Shown piece by piece: positions 24,461 through 39,800 of a stretch of DNA of 64,000 nucleotides (its first letter is position 1; the number at the start of each line of letters is the position of its first letter). Source of the stretch: Eledone cirrhosa (taxonomy: Eukaryota); NCBI GenBank assembly GCA_964016885.1, contig OZ024741.1:298034001-298098000 (forward strand), in the 5' to 3' direction. The notes beneath the pieces are model-generated. The model saw nothing but the letters and a program-made list of their open reading frames with translations. It was not told where the DNA came from and made no database searches. The position numbers were made by a program, and so were the translations under genes.

Positions 24461-25078
24461 TGCAGTTTTTTTGTTGTTGTTGTTATAGAAAACTCATTCC
24501 AGAAAGCTGCATCTGACTTACAGAAAGCCAGATCACCAAAACCCTTAATTTTCGTAAACGATAAAATTGTATTAAATTTTTGACTTTTTAATGTAACTTT
24601 TTAAATTGATAATTCGTATTAAATTATGTATGTGTGTGCGTGCATGCATATATAATTCAATACAAATTATCAATTTCAAACGTCACGCTAAAAAGTCAAA
24701 AATTTAATATATAACTACACTACTGAATGAATTCTTTGTTTGTTTGTCATTTTTATGGACAATAAGGTTTGAAGGGGGAGGGGGCAATTAAAGTTGACGA
24801 TTTATACATTTTATTATGAAAATAATTTACAAAGAAACACGTCAATAATAAAATAGATCGAAGCAAGAAAAAAATAAGGAAACGACATGCACACTCGCTT
24901 CTTTGGACATTACCGTAGGTAATGCTGGTGTTGCCTTCAAATCGCGTTTTATTCTTTACCCGTACTCTCGGGTCCCAAATAATAGGAGGGGAATAAGTGG
25001 GGGGAGGTGGTCGGTAGGATTTCTAGGTTGTCTCTTTTTTGTCATGTATAATGTTTTTTAATGTATAAAGAAAATTAA

Positions 25079-25253
25079 CTACAACGCTATTAGCTGTCAG
25101 TCGAAAGCAGCCGATGAAAGCAAAACATCGTTTATTTCCGTATTACTACCACGCGTAAGTGGAGTTACTTGCTGGTAGTAATACGGAAATAAACGATGAC
25201 GAATGACGTCACCTACGCCTGCTTTCATCGGCTGCTTTCACGACTGACAGCTA
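25079..25253. mobile_element. Fold-back remnant of a Merlin transposon terminus
   Basis: ctacaacgctattagctgtcagtc...gactgacagcta with internal inverted arms; homologous to 62444-62560. Confidence 0.7.
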
Positions 25254-25446
25254 TATATCACGTGAACACAATCACATTATTCTTTCAAAAGGAAAAGTTT
25301 GGCGCCATTTTTCTCCAGGGAATAGCACATCTGCCCGACGTGTTTTCTTCCGACAAAAATCCATGCAAGATGTAAATATCCGTTGATATGAGATATTCGT
25401 TGATATCCGTTGATATGAGAACCGTCTTTCTTGTTTATTATTATAA

Positions 25447-25550
25447 CCCGCCGAGGTTAACTTTGCCTTTCATCCTTATGGGGTCGATAAAATAAAGTAC
25501 CAGTAATACACTGGTATTTGCTGGCCTTGTGCCAAAGTAGAAACAATTAT
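25447..25550 (+). mobile_element. 5'-truncated Nin/Deu-like SINE
   Basis: Matches the 3' half of 8930-9110. Confidence 0.75.
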
Positions 25551-25900
25551 TATAATAAAACTCCGGATAAACATAAACTGTTGAGTGTTTGTCATCTCTT
25601 ATGAAAGAGTCGGCAGATTTTCAATCAACCAACTTTCCTTAGTTGAATAAATATATGTATGTATATATATATATACGTATATTTTCTTTAATATGGCAAC
25701 ATTAAAGGAATATATTCTTCTGCAAGAATTGCGAGCAATTTATAATGTTATTTAAGCATTGGTAATGTTATTTATTTATATGCTTTGTATATATTATATA
25801 TACACAAATAATGAATCTGTATATTAAAACATCGTTTGTATTATTCAATCAGTTTATTGAACAACTAGAATGCTCATCGTCAAGTACTTTATACATACAC

Positions 25901-25934
<34 letters not shown>

Positions 25935-26035
25935 ATGTATGAATCTATATATATGTATGTATATATATATATGTGTGTGTGTGTATGTATATATGTGTGT
26001 ATGCATATGTGCGTGTATGCATGTGTGTGTGTATG

Positions 26036-26066
<31 letters not shown>

Positions 26067-26323
26067 ATACATATATGTGTGTGTGTATGTATATATATGT
26101 GTGTATGTATATATATGTATATGTATATATATATATGAAGATAAATTAACGGAGCCATAGAGTCGCGTTATTCCCTGTAAATTATGTGCTCAAAGGGAAA
26201 GGAATTCTATACATATTGTATATGTTTATATATATATATGTGCATGTATATATATGTATATGTGTATATATATATGCATGTATATGTATATTTGTATATA
26301 TGTATATGTGTGTATGTATGTAT

Positions 26324-29300
26324 ATCATCATCATCATCGTTTAACGTCCATCTTCCACACTTGCATGGGTTTGGTCGGGAGTTTTCCCACTTGAGGCAAG
26401 AGTGGTTGTCTTGCTCGCATAGGACTGTCAGGCGGGTTTTCTACGGCTGGATGCCCTTCCTAACACCAACCACGTTTACAGTGTGGACTGGGTTTTTTTT
26501 GTCGTGACACCTACACGACCTCATTTGTTTCGGACTGGATGTTGTGGTACCAACATAACTTTACATTGAAAGGGGTGGTGTGGATGGGGTGGGGATAGTG
26601 GGACGGGGTGTATTTTTGGTAGAGGTGCCTACTGACTGGTAGGTTTCACTTTGTACTTAGGTAAGGCGGGTCTTCTGTATTACTGTGTAGCGCCAAAGAT
26701 CTCGGTCCAGTGACATTGTCTTGGAGAGGTGTAAGTGTGTGAGGTCGGAATGTATCAAGTCGTCCCAGGTTTTTCTGGGTCTGCCTACTCCGTGGCTACC
26801 GTCTATTTTTATTGCCCTGCACTTTTTTATACAGCTGTCGTCTTTCATGCGATCACGTGTCCACACCAACGTAGTCTTCTTTCGAGTAAACAACATGTGA
26901 TCCCTCATATTTCTAATTTTTCCCTTAGTTCGTTTATGCTTTGCCGTTCACGTATATTACTATTACACATCCAGCGGAGCATGCAAGCTTCGTTCCTCTC
27001 CAGTCTGCGTATATCCTCTGCACACAATGCCCAGGTCTCACTGCCATGTAACATTGCTGTTCGTATGCAGGCATCATACAGCCTGCCTTTCATTTTTAGA
27101 GAGAACCCTTTAGCGGCTAATAGTGGTATAAGCTCTCTGAACTTTTTCCATCCACTTCTGACACTAGCTACTGTACTTTCAGAACACCCTCTACCACTGC
27201 TCATTTTGTCACCCAAGTAACGGAAGGTGTCCACTATTTCTATAGAACCATCTGTGCAATTGAAAGAGGTAGTATTTTGTGGGCACTTGCTGCTACTTAT
27301 TGCACCAGAGCACCGGCCACATGTAAAATCTATGTTCTTAGTTAGCTTACCTGTGATCCCACTACATCTTTTATGCACCCATACTTTGCATTTGGGACAT
27401 AAAATGGAGTTTCTGCCTACTTCTTTCCTACACACTGAGCATGGCCATTTCCCGGATGGGACCGGTGCTCTATTTTCCTTCCTACAAACTAGAACTTTAG
27501 TCTTAGACAGGTTAATTTTAAGGCCTTTTGATTCTAGGCCATGCTTCCATGTTTGGAATTTCTTCTCTAGTTCAGCCATTGATTTAGCTATGAGCGTTAG
27601 ATCATCTGCGTATAGGAGTTCCCATGGGCAGCCGGTCTTGAACTCCACTGTTATAGCCTGAAGGGCAATAATAAATAGTAGGGGGCTAAGAACGGAGCCC
27701 TGATGAACACCAACTTTTACGCTAAACTCTTCACTATATTCATTGTTAATTCTAACCTTGCTGACTGTTTCTTTATACATGGCTTGTATAGCTCTCACAA
27801 GCCATTCATCAACACCTAGTTTTCTAAGAACCCACCAGATAATGGAACGGGGGACTCTGTCAAAGGCTGTTTCCAAGTCGACAAAAGCTAAGTATAGGGA
27901 TTTACTTTTAGCTAGGTACTTCTCCTGTAGTTGTCGTACAATGAAAAGAGCGTCTATGGTACTTTTACCTGACACAAACCCGAACTGCATTTCATCTAGA
28001 TCAATTCACTCTCTGATTAGTTGCGCTATTACTTTTTCTGTGACCTTCATGACCTGGTCGATTAATTTAATTCCCCTATAGTTACCCATATCTAGGGCAT
28101 CTCCTTTACCCTTGTAACAGTTAATGATGATGCTGCTACGCCAGTCCTTCGGAACAACCCCATTCTGTATGACTTGGTTTACTATCCGGGTGACCATAGT
28201 GTGTCCCACCATTCCAGATGCTTTCAGCATTTCAGCAACTATTTCCGAAGGCCCAGCCGCCTTACCCGTCTTCATATCTTTGATTGCCTTACTTATTATA
28301 CTACCTTCAACTAGCACTGCTGGTCCCTCTATTGGATCGATGCGGGGGAGACTGTCTTTCTCCCATTTATATTTATTCTCCTCATTTAGTAGCCTTTCGT
28401 AGTGACACTTCCAAGCTACCTTCTTATCAGCGTCAGTGATGGCAAGTACACCATAATCATTAAGTACACACTTCTCCCCGACAATATCACGGTTTTCCTT
28501 GACACATTGCTTAGTAATCCTGAACACCTCACATTTTTGGTCCTCGCGTTGTATAACATGCTTGAACTTTCTTTCCTCTGCTTCCCTTTTTGCGAAGTAC
28601 ACTTGTCTCCTAGCTTCCCTCCTGGCCACTTGATAGTCTTCTCTACTTCCCCCATCCCGCCATACTTTCCAAGTCTGCTTTTTGGCTTTAATTGACTCCT
28701 CCACCTTACTGTTCCACCACCACGTTACTCTCCTCCTGCCTACAGGCCTGCTCCAGCCGCAGACTTCATCTGTCGCCATCAGCAGGTTTGCTTTCAGGAA
28801 TTCCCACTGTTCCTCTATATTGTACGACTCTAATTGCTCTTCCTTACTGTCGAAAGCATCAAGTAATATGCTTTGAAATTTATTTCTGGCTGTGGGGTCC
28901 TTTAGCTTCCATATTTTTCTCCTAAAGATAGTCCTCTTCTGTTGTCGAGAACGTCTCGTCCTGACTATGAGGTCGCTAATTATGAGTCTATGTTGAGAGG
29001 TGCATTCTTCATGGGGGAGGGATTTAGTGTTTACAACAGACACTCTGTCACGTTTTCTGGTAAGGATATAATCTACCTGGCTGGTATGTTCCCCTGATCT
29101 GTAGGTGATCAAGTGATTGTCTCGCTTTTTGAAGTTAGTGTTACAGATAGTTAGGTTATTTGCGTCACAGAATTCCAGGATTCTGGAGCCTTCCTCATTT
29201 CTAGTACCAAACCCATAGCCTCCATGGATTCCGTCATAGCCGTCACAATGTTGTCCAACGTGACCATTTAGGTCGCCAGCAATAATTATATAGTCACTGT

Positions 29301-30652
29301 CGGTTATTTGGAAGGTAGTGAGCATCAGTGTCTCATAGAATCTGTCTTTTATAGCGCCAGGCAGTCCGGATTGGGGTGCGTACGCAGCTATTACTGTCAC
29401 AGTAGTTCTATTTAGAACAAGTCTTATTTTAATTATTCTGTCGTTCACTCCATTTACGTCTATTATCTTATCCACCCATTTTTCTGCTAACATGATTCCT
29501 ACCCCACCCAGCCCATTGTCATTTCCCACCCAGAAAAGCTTATAGCATCGTTTTTTACCCACAATGAATCTAGCAGACCCGCCCCTCCACTTGGTCTCTT
29601 GGATACAGCAAACATCAACCTCCTTACGTTCAAGCATTTCTACAACCTCGTTAGAGCGACCTTTTAAGGTGCCTACATTCATGGTACCAACTCTGAAGTT
29701 TTGGATTGCATTTGGTGGGTGGGGCGCGCGGAAGAGTGAGGGGCATGGGGTTGGGGTTATGTTGGCCATCCGCGACCGAAACAAAGAGGAGTCCTTGCCC
29801 TTTCGTCCGGCAGCATGAGGTGAATTTGTCGTTATCTTTGGCATTGTCTCTGAGTGTCCAGATTCTTCAGACTCTCCAGAATTCCTTAGTCCATCCATCA
29901 TATCGAAAAGCAACCAGAAGTGATAGCATAGGCCGCTGACTTATGATTGGTCCAAATAATAATGGTGGAGAGTGGGGGTGGGCGGGAGGGGTATGGGGTA
30001 GTTAACGAGCGAGGAGAAGGTTTTAAATAAAGCATATAACAGTAACAAGCGATATACTGGGATTTTAAAATACACAAGATTATTTAGAACAACCAGACAG
30101 AATTATAGAATAGCATTGAGGAAGTAGGATTGGATTCTGGGCGATTATACAGATATAAGGATGAATGAACCGAAGGGTGGGGAGACAAGAAGAAAATGGT
30201 ATTTTTACATTACATTTCGTAGAAGTGGACTGACCATTAATAAGAGTTGACAAATTCTGAGATTCGTACCTCGTAACAGGTTTATTTATATTTGGTGCGA
30301 GTAGGGAGTGATCGAGTGAGAGAGAGAGAGATCAACAGGCACGTATGTGATAAAGAGGGGGGTGACAGAGATTTAGAGGGACTAGGGAGGCCATTTTTAT
30401 GAATCCTGGAAAATTTCGGCCAAAATTAAGATTAAGCGAGGAGAAGGTTTTAAATAAAGCATATAACAGTAACAAGCGATATACTGGGATTTTAAAATAC
30501 ACAAGATTATTTAGAACAGCCAGACAGAATTATAGAATAGCATTGAGAAAGTAGGACTGGATTCTGGGTGATTATAGATATATGGATGAATGTTTTGAAG
30601 GGTGGGGAAACAAGAAGAAAATAGTATTTTTACATTACATTTCGTAGAAGTG
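26324..30652 (-). mobile_element. RTE family A, duplicated copy (disrupted ORF 26657-29913)
   Basis: Same sequence and same lesions as 752-5080, one SNP seen. Confidence 0.93.
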
Positions 30653-30739
30653 TATATATGAATGTATATATATATGTATGTGTATATATATAGATGTAAT
30701 CTAAATAGTATGGTAGAATATTAAGTGTTAAATGTTAAT

Positions 30740-30778
30740 TGAACAAGTACTTTCATGCTTTCGCAATCTTCAGGTTCA
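30740..30778 (-). ncRNA. Minimal hammerhead motif, duplicated copy
   Basis: Identical to 5168-5206. Confidence 0.75.
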
Positions 30779-31051
30779 TATTCTGTGGTGACAGTCAAGT
30801 TTGCAATTTTCAACTGTAATGAGATGGGTAAATTTTGTGCCTTATATACAGTGAAAAGCGGCTACAGAATGCTAAATTTTGCAAACTGTATTTCGACCAA
30901 TTGGTGTGTAGTTTCACTGGATTACTGAAGCTGATTGGTTTAGGCGTCATGGTTGGTTGAGCATGTCTAACGACTTCTATTTGGCTCTATCCAAAGCATC
31001 AATTGTTTTGCTATTTTTAGAAATGATGTAAATAGCATTTTCTAGGGTTTT

Positions 31052-34000
31052 TATACTAATGCGAATGCTGACGTGCACGCTGATGCAAACGCTGACACTG
31101 AGGGAAATGCTGACACTGACACAAGTGCTGACACGGACGCTAATGATAATGCTGACGTAGACGCAGGCACTGAAACAAACACTAACGTTGACTCAGACGC
31201 TAAGGGAAATGCTGACACAATCACTATCACCAATGCAGACGCTGACGCAAATGCTGACACTTACGCAAACACTAACGCAGATGCTAACACCAGTCTACAT
31301 AGACACTAACACAAAAGCTTACATAGACGCTTATGCAAATGCTAACGCTGATGGAGACAGTAACACAAACAGTAATTGTAAGAGTAACAGTTACAGTAAC
31401 ACTAACAGTGACAGTAATGCTAACAGTACACAGTCACTAACAATAAACTTACCATTAACAGTAAAACTTACCCTAACACTAACCCTAGATCTAACATTAA
31501 TCCAGAGAAAAAAGTCATTTGCAATCACATTTAAGGTCACTCTTTAAGATATAGAAGATAGGCATTACATTTTAATGATTTTAATTTAAAGAGAATCACG
31601 CTATATTGCAACACAATAACACACCACACCACACTAACCTACACTACACCAAACCAGATTATACCATATCTTAGTAAATTTATGATAGGTTTCCATGTTA
31701 TAACTACACCAAACTAAACCATACCAAACTACACCAAACCAAACCACACCATAACAAACTACACCATACTACATCACACCATGCTATTGAACTCAATGTA
31801 AAAAATTTTCTTCCTGCTTTTTTGTGTGTGCTTACCACCCAATCTGACATTAAAAGTGTTCGCAATTAACTATTTTTTGCACATATTATCAATGAAGACT
31901 TTGAAATCTGTTGAAAATGACTAGCTTTGTAGAAAAAAGAGGGCGGAAAGTGAGTGGAAATACCATTCACAAAGCTTGTCATTTTTTATTGCAGTGAAAG
32001 TCATATTTCTTGTTAATATGGTAATGGAGGCACATGGCTTAGTGTTTAAAATATTGGCCTTGCAATCGAAAGAGTGTGAGTTCAATTCTCAGACCAGGTG
32101 GTGTGTTGTATCCTTGAGCAAAACACTTTATTTCACATTGCTCCAGTTTACTCAGCTGTAGAAATGAGATGATAGGGCCTGGGGTCCCTATCATTCCACT
32201 GCAAAGTGGTCGTGTAGGTTCCACGGCAAAAACCACCCAGCACTCACTGTAAATGAGATTGGTGTTAGGAAGGGCATCCAGCTGTAGAAATAAAGCCAGA
32301 ATCAGTTCCCGTCCCACCCTTGCAAGCAGGGAAAAGTGGACGTAAAATGATGATGATGATGGTAAAAGCATAGTCGGCTGTGAGCATGTTGGAGGTTGGA
32401 AAACCATACCACATTAAACTGCATCAAACTACACCATACCAAACTACACCATACTACATCACACCACGCTATTAATCTCAGTGAGAACATTTTTCTTCCT
32501 GTTTTTTTTTCTTTCTGTGTGTGCTTACCACCCAATCTGATATCAAAGGTGCTCACAAATGACTATTTTTTTTTACACATTATCAATGTATATAACATGG
32601 AAACCTATCATTTGCAATGTCATAACTACAACAATCCAAACCACACCATAACAAACTACACCATTCGACATCACACCATGCTTTTGATCTCAGTGTGAAA
32701 AATTTTCTTCCTGTTTCTTTTTTTTTTTATGTGTGTTCTTACCACCAAAGGTGACATCAAAGGTGCTGCAATTGACTATTTTTCGCACATATTATCAATA
32801 ATTATGACATGGAAAACTGTCGAAAATGACTAGCTTTGTAGAAAAAAGAGGGAGGATGTGGGTGGAAATACCATTTACAAAGCTAGTCATTTTTTATTGC
32901 AGCGGAAGTCATATTTTTTGTTAATATGCTAAAAGCATAGTCCACTGCGAGCATCTTGGAAGTTGTATTAGTTGATAGCACATGCAAAAGTGAAGGGACA
33001 AATTTTTTTCTTACATAAATCAAAGTGGAAATTTAATTCCTTACTTATAACAAAGCACACCACATTAATCTACCCCAAACCACACCATATCAAACAGCAC
33101 CATATTATGGTAAATTTATTACAGAACACCTACTCCTATCATTTACATCACACCATGGTATGGACATCAATGTGACAAATTTGCTACCTGCTTTTTTTTT
33201 TTTTGTGGTTACCACCCAAACTAACATCAAAGGTGCTTGCAAATGATTATTTTCTCACATTATCAATGAATGACATGGGAATCTATCGTTTACAATTGGT
33301 TTCCATTTCATAACTTCACCAAACCAAACCAAACCACACCATACCAAGTTACACCATACTACATCGCACCGAGCTATTGATCTTGGTGTGAAACATTTTT
33401 TCCCGTTTCCTTTTTTTTCCTGTGTGCTTACTACCCAATCTGACATTAAGGGTGCTCCCAATTTACTTTTTTTTTCACATATCAATAATTATGACATGGA
33501 AACCTGTCGAAAATGACTATCTTTGTAGAAACTTCACCAAACCACACCATAGTACATCACACCAAGCTATTGATTTTGGTGTGACAAATTTTCATTTGGC
33601 ATTTTCAATGAATATGACATAGGAATCTATCGTTTACAATTAGTTTCCATTTCATAACTTCAAACCAAACCACACCATACCAAGTTACACCATACTACAT
33701 CACACCAAAGCTATTGATCTTGGTGTGAAACATTTTCTTCCCGTTTCCTTTTTTTTTTTTTTGTGTGTGTGCTTACCACCCAATCTGACATTAAAGGTGC
33801 TCACAATTCACTATTTTTTTTCCACTTATCAATAATTATGACATGGAAACCTGTCGAAAATTACTATCTTTGTAGAAACTTCACCAAACCACACCATACT
33901 ACATCACACCAAGCTATTGATTTTGGTGGGACAAATTTTCATCCGCCAATTTTTTTTTTTTCTTTTCTTTTTTTTGTGCTTACCATTCAATTTGACATAA

Positions 34001-35682
34001 AAGGTGCTCGCAAATTACTATTTTATGCACATATTATCAATGGTTACGACATGGAAACCTGATGAAAATGACTAGCTTTGTAGAAAAAATAGGAAGGATG
34101 TGGGTGGAAATACCATTTACAAAGCTAGTCATTTTTTATTGCAGCAGAAGTCATATTTTTTGTTAATATGCTAAAAGCATAGTCCACTGCGAGCATCTTG
34201 GAAGTTGATAGCACATGCAAAAATGAAGGAAAAATTTTTTTTCTTACATAAATCAAAGTGGAAATTTAAATCCTCACTTATAACAAAGCACACCACAGCA
34301 CATTAATCTACCGCAATCCACACCATAACCATACTTCACTATATGGTAAATTTATTACAAAACACCTATTCCTACCATTTACATCACACCATGGTATGGA
34401 CATCAATGTGACAAATTTGCTACCTGCTTTTTTTTTTTGTGGTTACCACCTCAAACTAACATCAAAGGTGCTTGCAAATGACTATTTTCCCACACATTAT
34501 CGGTGGATTGGCAGTATCGGTAGAGGGTCGGACGCCATGCTTTCCAGCATAGTTACGTCCCTTTACGATCTGAGTTCAAATCCCGCCGAGGTTGACTTTG
34601 CCTTTCATCCTTACAGGGTCGATAAAATAAAGTACCAGTAATGCACTGGGTAATTGCTGGCCTTGTGCCTAAAGTAGAAACAATTATCAATGAATATGAC
34701 ATGGGAATCTATCGTTTACAATTGGTTTCCATTTCATAACTTCACCAAACCAAACCAAACCACACCATACCAAGTTACACCATACTACATCACACCAAGC
34801 TATTGATCTTGGTGTGAAACATTTCCCGTTTCCTTTTTTTTGTGTGTGTGTGCTTACCACCTATTTTTTTTCCACTTATCAATAATTATGACATGGAAAC
34901 CTGTCGAAAATTACTATCTTTGTAGAAACTTCACCAAACCACACCATACTACATCACACCAAGATATTGATTTTGGTGTGACATTTTCATCTGGCATTTT
35001 TTTTTTTTTTCTTTCTTTTGTGCTTACCACCCAATTTGACATAAAAGGTGCTTGCAAATTACTATTTTATGCACATATTATCAATGTTTATGACATGGAA
35101 ACCTGATGAAAATGACTAGCTTTGTAGAAAAAAGAGTGACGATGTGGGTGGAAATACCATTTACAAAGCTAGCCATTTTTTATTGCAGCGGAAGTCCTAT
35201 TTTTTGTTAATATGCTAAAAGCATAGTCCACTGCGAGCTTCTTGGAAGTTGATAGCACATGCAAAAATGAAGGAAAAAATTTGTTTTCTAACATAAATCA
35301 AAGTGGAAATTTAAATCCTCACTTATAACAAAGCACACCACAGCACATTAATCTACCCAATCCACACCATATACTTCACCATAACCATATGGTATATTTA
35401 TTACAGAACACCTACTCCTACCATTTACATCACACCAATGCTCGCAGTTGACTATTTTTTTCACATATTATGAATGAATATAACTTTGAAACCTATCGTC
35501 AATGATTAGCTTTGTAGCAAAATGAAGGCAGAAAGTGGGCGGAAAAACCATTCACAAAGCTAGTCATTTTTAATTGTAGTGGAAATCATATTTGTTGTTA
35601 ATATGCTAAAACAAATAGTCAATTGCAAGCATTTTGGAGGTCGGATTAGTTGATAGGACATAAAAAAACAAAGGAAAACAAA
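31052..35682. repeat. Duplicated hexamer repeat and modular satellite, including SINEs at 32025-32358 and 34502-34682
   Basis: Copy of 5480-10110. Confidence 0.85.
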
Positions 35683-35800
35683 TATTGTCTATATGTTCCT
35701 GTGGAAAGTCGGGTTCTTCTGTATTATTGTGTGACGCCAGAGGTCATGGTCATGTGTCATTGCCCTTGAGAGGTGCAATTGGGAAAGGTCGGCTTAGAAC

Positions 35801-36363
35801 TATTTACTTCTGCGTTCACAGATTGATTTTTTTTAGTTTCAGAAGATCCCATTAAGGGTGAAAGCAGCCGATTCTTTGCCTAAACTTTAATCTGTTATTT
35901 TAATAAATATTTGCTCTACGGTTCTTATATATTTGATATATATTTATCCTTATCGAGTCCTCTTTGGATGTTAGTCTTCAAATTTATTATTATTACTATT
36001 TGGCTCCCTTGACTGAGTACTCTATTGACTTATATTCATCATGCAGAAACATCTGAATATTTCTACAAAGAACATACCCGTACTAAGCAGGAAGAAATAC
36101 CTAAAACTACGTCTCCACGAACCAAAGTATCGCCTTCCTGTCTTCCTTCGGTTGCAACGTTTTTCGAAATATTTACTTCTGCGTTCACAGATTGATTTTT
36201 TTTTTAGTTTCAGAAGATCCCATTAAGGGTGAAAGCAGCCGATTCTTTGCTTAAACTTTAATCTGTTATTTTAATAAATATTTGCTCTAAGGTTCTTATA
36301 TAATTGATAGATATTTATCCCTATCGAGCCCTCTTTGGATTTTAGTCTTCATATGTATTATTA

Positions 36364-36367
<4 letters not shown>
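35801..36367 (+). mobile_element. Duplicated Penelope-like tandem fragment (hammerhead-like motifs 35835-35886, 36206-36257)
   Basis: Copy of 10229-10795. Confidence 0.6.
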
Positions 36368-36434
<67 letters not shown>

Positions 36435-36807
36435 TGTGTGTGTGTATATATTAGTTTATATATATGTGTATATATATATATATATATATTGGAAAATGTG
36501 TGTAATCCTTGGTACAGTTAGGTATATTAAGACATACGTACACACACGAATATGTACTCATACCTCCACATGGGTATATATATATACATACATATACATA
36601 TATATACATACATATACATACATATACATATATATACACACATAAAGATACATAACTAAATATACATATATACACATACACACACACACACGTGTACACA
36701 CACACACACACACACATATATACATATGTCCGTATATATACATCCGTTCACACATACATGCATACACACACACACATACACACACATATATATATATAGA
36801 GAGGCAT

Positions 36808-36877
<70 letters not shown>

Positions 36878-36881
<4 letters not shown>

Positions 36882-39800
36882 AGCGTTAAATTTTCCCTGC
36901 TGTATTAGCGATAAATTTTCGAGGGTTTCTCTTAGTAGCTTTTTCATGTCGTTAATATTATGATGTTCCCTGCTGTATTAGCGTTAAATTTTCCCTGCTG
37001 TATTAGCGATAAATTTTCGAGGGTTTCTCTTAGTAGCTTTTTCATGTCGTTAATATTATGATGTTCCCTGCTGTATTAGCGTTAAATTTTCCCTGCTGTA
37101 TTAGCGATAAATTTTCGAGGGTTTCTCTTAGTAGCTTTTTCATGTCGTTAATATTATGATGTTCCCTGCTGTATTAGCGTTAAATTTTCCCTGCTGTATT
37201 AGCGATAAATTTTCGAGGGTTTCTCTTAGTAGCTTTTTCATGTCGTTAATATTATGATGTTCCCTGCTGTATTAGCGTTAAATTTTCCCTGCTGTATTAG
37301 CGATAAATTTTCGAGGGTTTCTCTTAGTAGCTTTTTTCATGACGTTATTATTGTTAATTTTACTGATGTAGTATTAACTTGGATATTTACCATGCGGTAT
37401 TCTAATCCTATTGTATCTCTCTCAGTTATTTACCATGCGACCCTCAGTTCCTACCCCCCCCCCCCCCTCTATGCACTTCTTTAAGGCTTACTACCCTGTC
37501 TTTAACCTAATTCATTCAATCTGAAAATATTGAAGAGATAAGACACTTTGCCATTCTTCTCTGCTAAAATGTACCACTGAGCTGATTCAAATTTTCCCAG
37601 CCAGCCATCCACCTAATCTACGAAGGTATTTTAGCCTACATATTGTCGTTAATATTATGATGTTCCCTGCTGTATTAGCGTTAAATTTTCCCTGCTGTAT
37701 TAGCGATAAATTTTCGAGGGTTTCTCTTAGTAGCTTTTTCATGTCGTTAATATTATGATGTTCCCTGCTGTATTAGCGTTAAATTTTCCCTGCTGTATTA
37801 GCGATAAATTTTCGAGGGTTTCTCTTAGTAGCTTTTTCATGTCGTTAATATTATGATGTTCCCTGCTGTATTAGCGTTAAATTTTCCCTGCTGTATTAGC
37901 GATAAATTTTCGAGGGTTTCTCTTAGTAGCTTTTTCATGTCGTTAATATTATGATGTTCCCTGCTGTATTAGCGTTAAATTTTCCCTGCTGTATTAGCGA
38001 TAAATTTTCGAGGGTTTCTCTTAGTAGCTTTTTCATGTCGTTAATATTATGATGTTCCCTGCTGTATTAGCGTTAAATTTTCCCTGCTGTATTAGCGATA
38101 AATTTTCGAGGGTTTCTCTTAGTAGCTTTTTTCATGACGTTATTATTGTTAATTTTACTGATGTAGTATTAACTTATTAACTTGGATATTTACCATGCGG
38201 TATTCTAATCCTATTGTATCTCTCTCAGTTATTTACCATGCGACCCTCAGTTCCTACCCCCCCCCCCCTCTATGCACTTCTTTAAGGCTTACTACCCTGT
38301 CTTTAACCTAATTCATTCAATCTGAAAATATTGAAGAGATAAGACACTTTGCCATTCTTCTCTGCTAAAATGTACCACTGAGCTGATTCAAATTTTCCCA
38401 GCCAGCCATCCACCTAATCTACGAAGGTATTTTAGCCTACATATTGTCGTTAATATTATGATGTTCCCTGCTGTATTAGCGTTAAATTTTCCCTGCTGTA
38501 TTAGCGATAAATTTTCGAGGGTTTCTCTTAGTAGCTTTTTCATGTCGTTAATATTATGATGTTCCCTGCTGTATTAGCGTTAAATTTTCCCTGCTGTATT
38601 AGCGATAAATTTTCGAGGGTTTCTCTTAGTAGCTTTTTCATGTCGTTAATATTATGATGTTCCCTGCTGTATTAGCGTTAAATTTTCCCTGCTGTATTAG
38701 CGATAAATTTTCGAGGGTTTCTCTTAGTAGCTTTTTCATGTCGTTAATATTATGATGTTCCCTGCTGTATTAGCGTTAAATTTTCCCTGCTGTATTAGCG
38801 ATAAATTTTCGAGGGTTTCTCTTAGTAGCTTTTTTCATGACGTTATTATTGTTAATTTTACTGATGTAGTATTAACTTATTAACTTGGATATTTACCATG
38901 CGGTATTCTAATCCTATTGTATCTCTCTCAGTTATTTACCATGCGACCCTCAGTTCCTACCCCCCCCCCCCCCCTCTATGCACTTCTTTAAGGCTTACTA
39001 CCCTGTCTTTAACCTAATTCATTCAATCTGAAAATATTGAAGAGATAAGACACTTTGCCATTCTTCTCTGCTAAAATGTACCACTGAGCTGATTCAAATT
39101 TTCCCAGCCAGCCATCCACCTAATCTACGAAGGTATTTTAGCCTACATATTGTCGTTAATATTATGATGTTCCCTGCTGTATTAGCGTTAAATTTTCCCT
39201 GCTGTATTAGCGATAAATTTTCGAGGGTTTCTCTTAGTAGCTTTTTCATGTCGTTAATATTATGATGTTCCCTGCTGTATTAGCGTTAAATTTTCCCTGC
39301 TGTATTAGCGATAAATTTTCGAGGGTTTCTCTTAGTAGCTTTTTCATGTCGTTAATATTATGATGTTCCCTGCTGTATTAGCGTTAAATTTTCCCTGCTG
39401 TATTAGCGATAAATTTTCGAGGGTTTCTCTTAGTAGCTTTTTCATGTCGTTAATATTATGATGTTCCCTGCTGTATTAGCGTTAAATTTTCCCTGCTGTA
39501 TTAGCGATAAATTTTCGAGGGTTTCTCTTAGTAGCTTTTTTCATGACGTTATTATTGTTAATTTTACTGATGTAGTATTAACTTGGATATTTACCATGCG
39601 GTATTCTAATCCTATTGTATCTCTCTCAGTTATTTACCATGCGACCCTCAGTTCCTACCCCCCCCCCCCTCTATGCACTTCTTTAAGGCTTACTACCCTG
39701 TCTTTAACCTAATTCATTCAATCTGAAAATATTGAAGAGATAAGACACTTTGCCATTCTTCTCTGCTAAAATGTACCACTGAGCTGATTCAAATTTTCCC

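Noticed and set aside
24230-24583. 117-aa ORF as a host exon
   Set aside because: Largely antisense to a decayed L1/Tx1 fragment; no recognisable domain.
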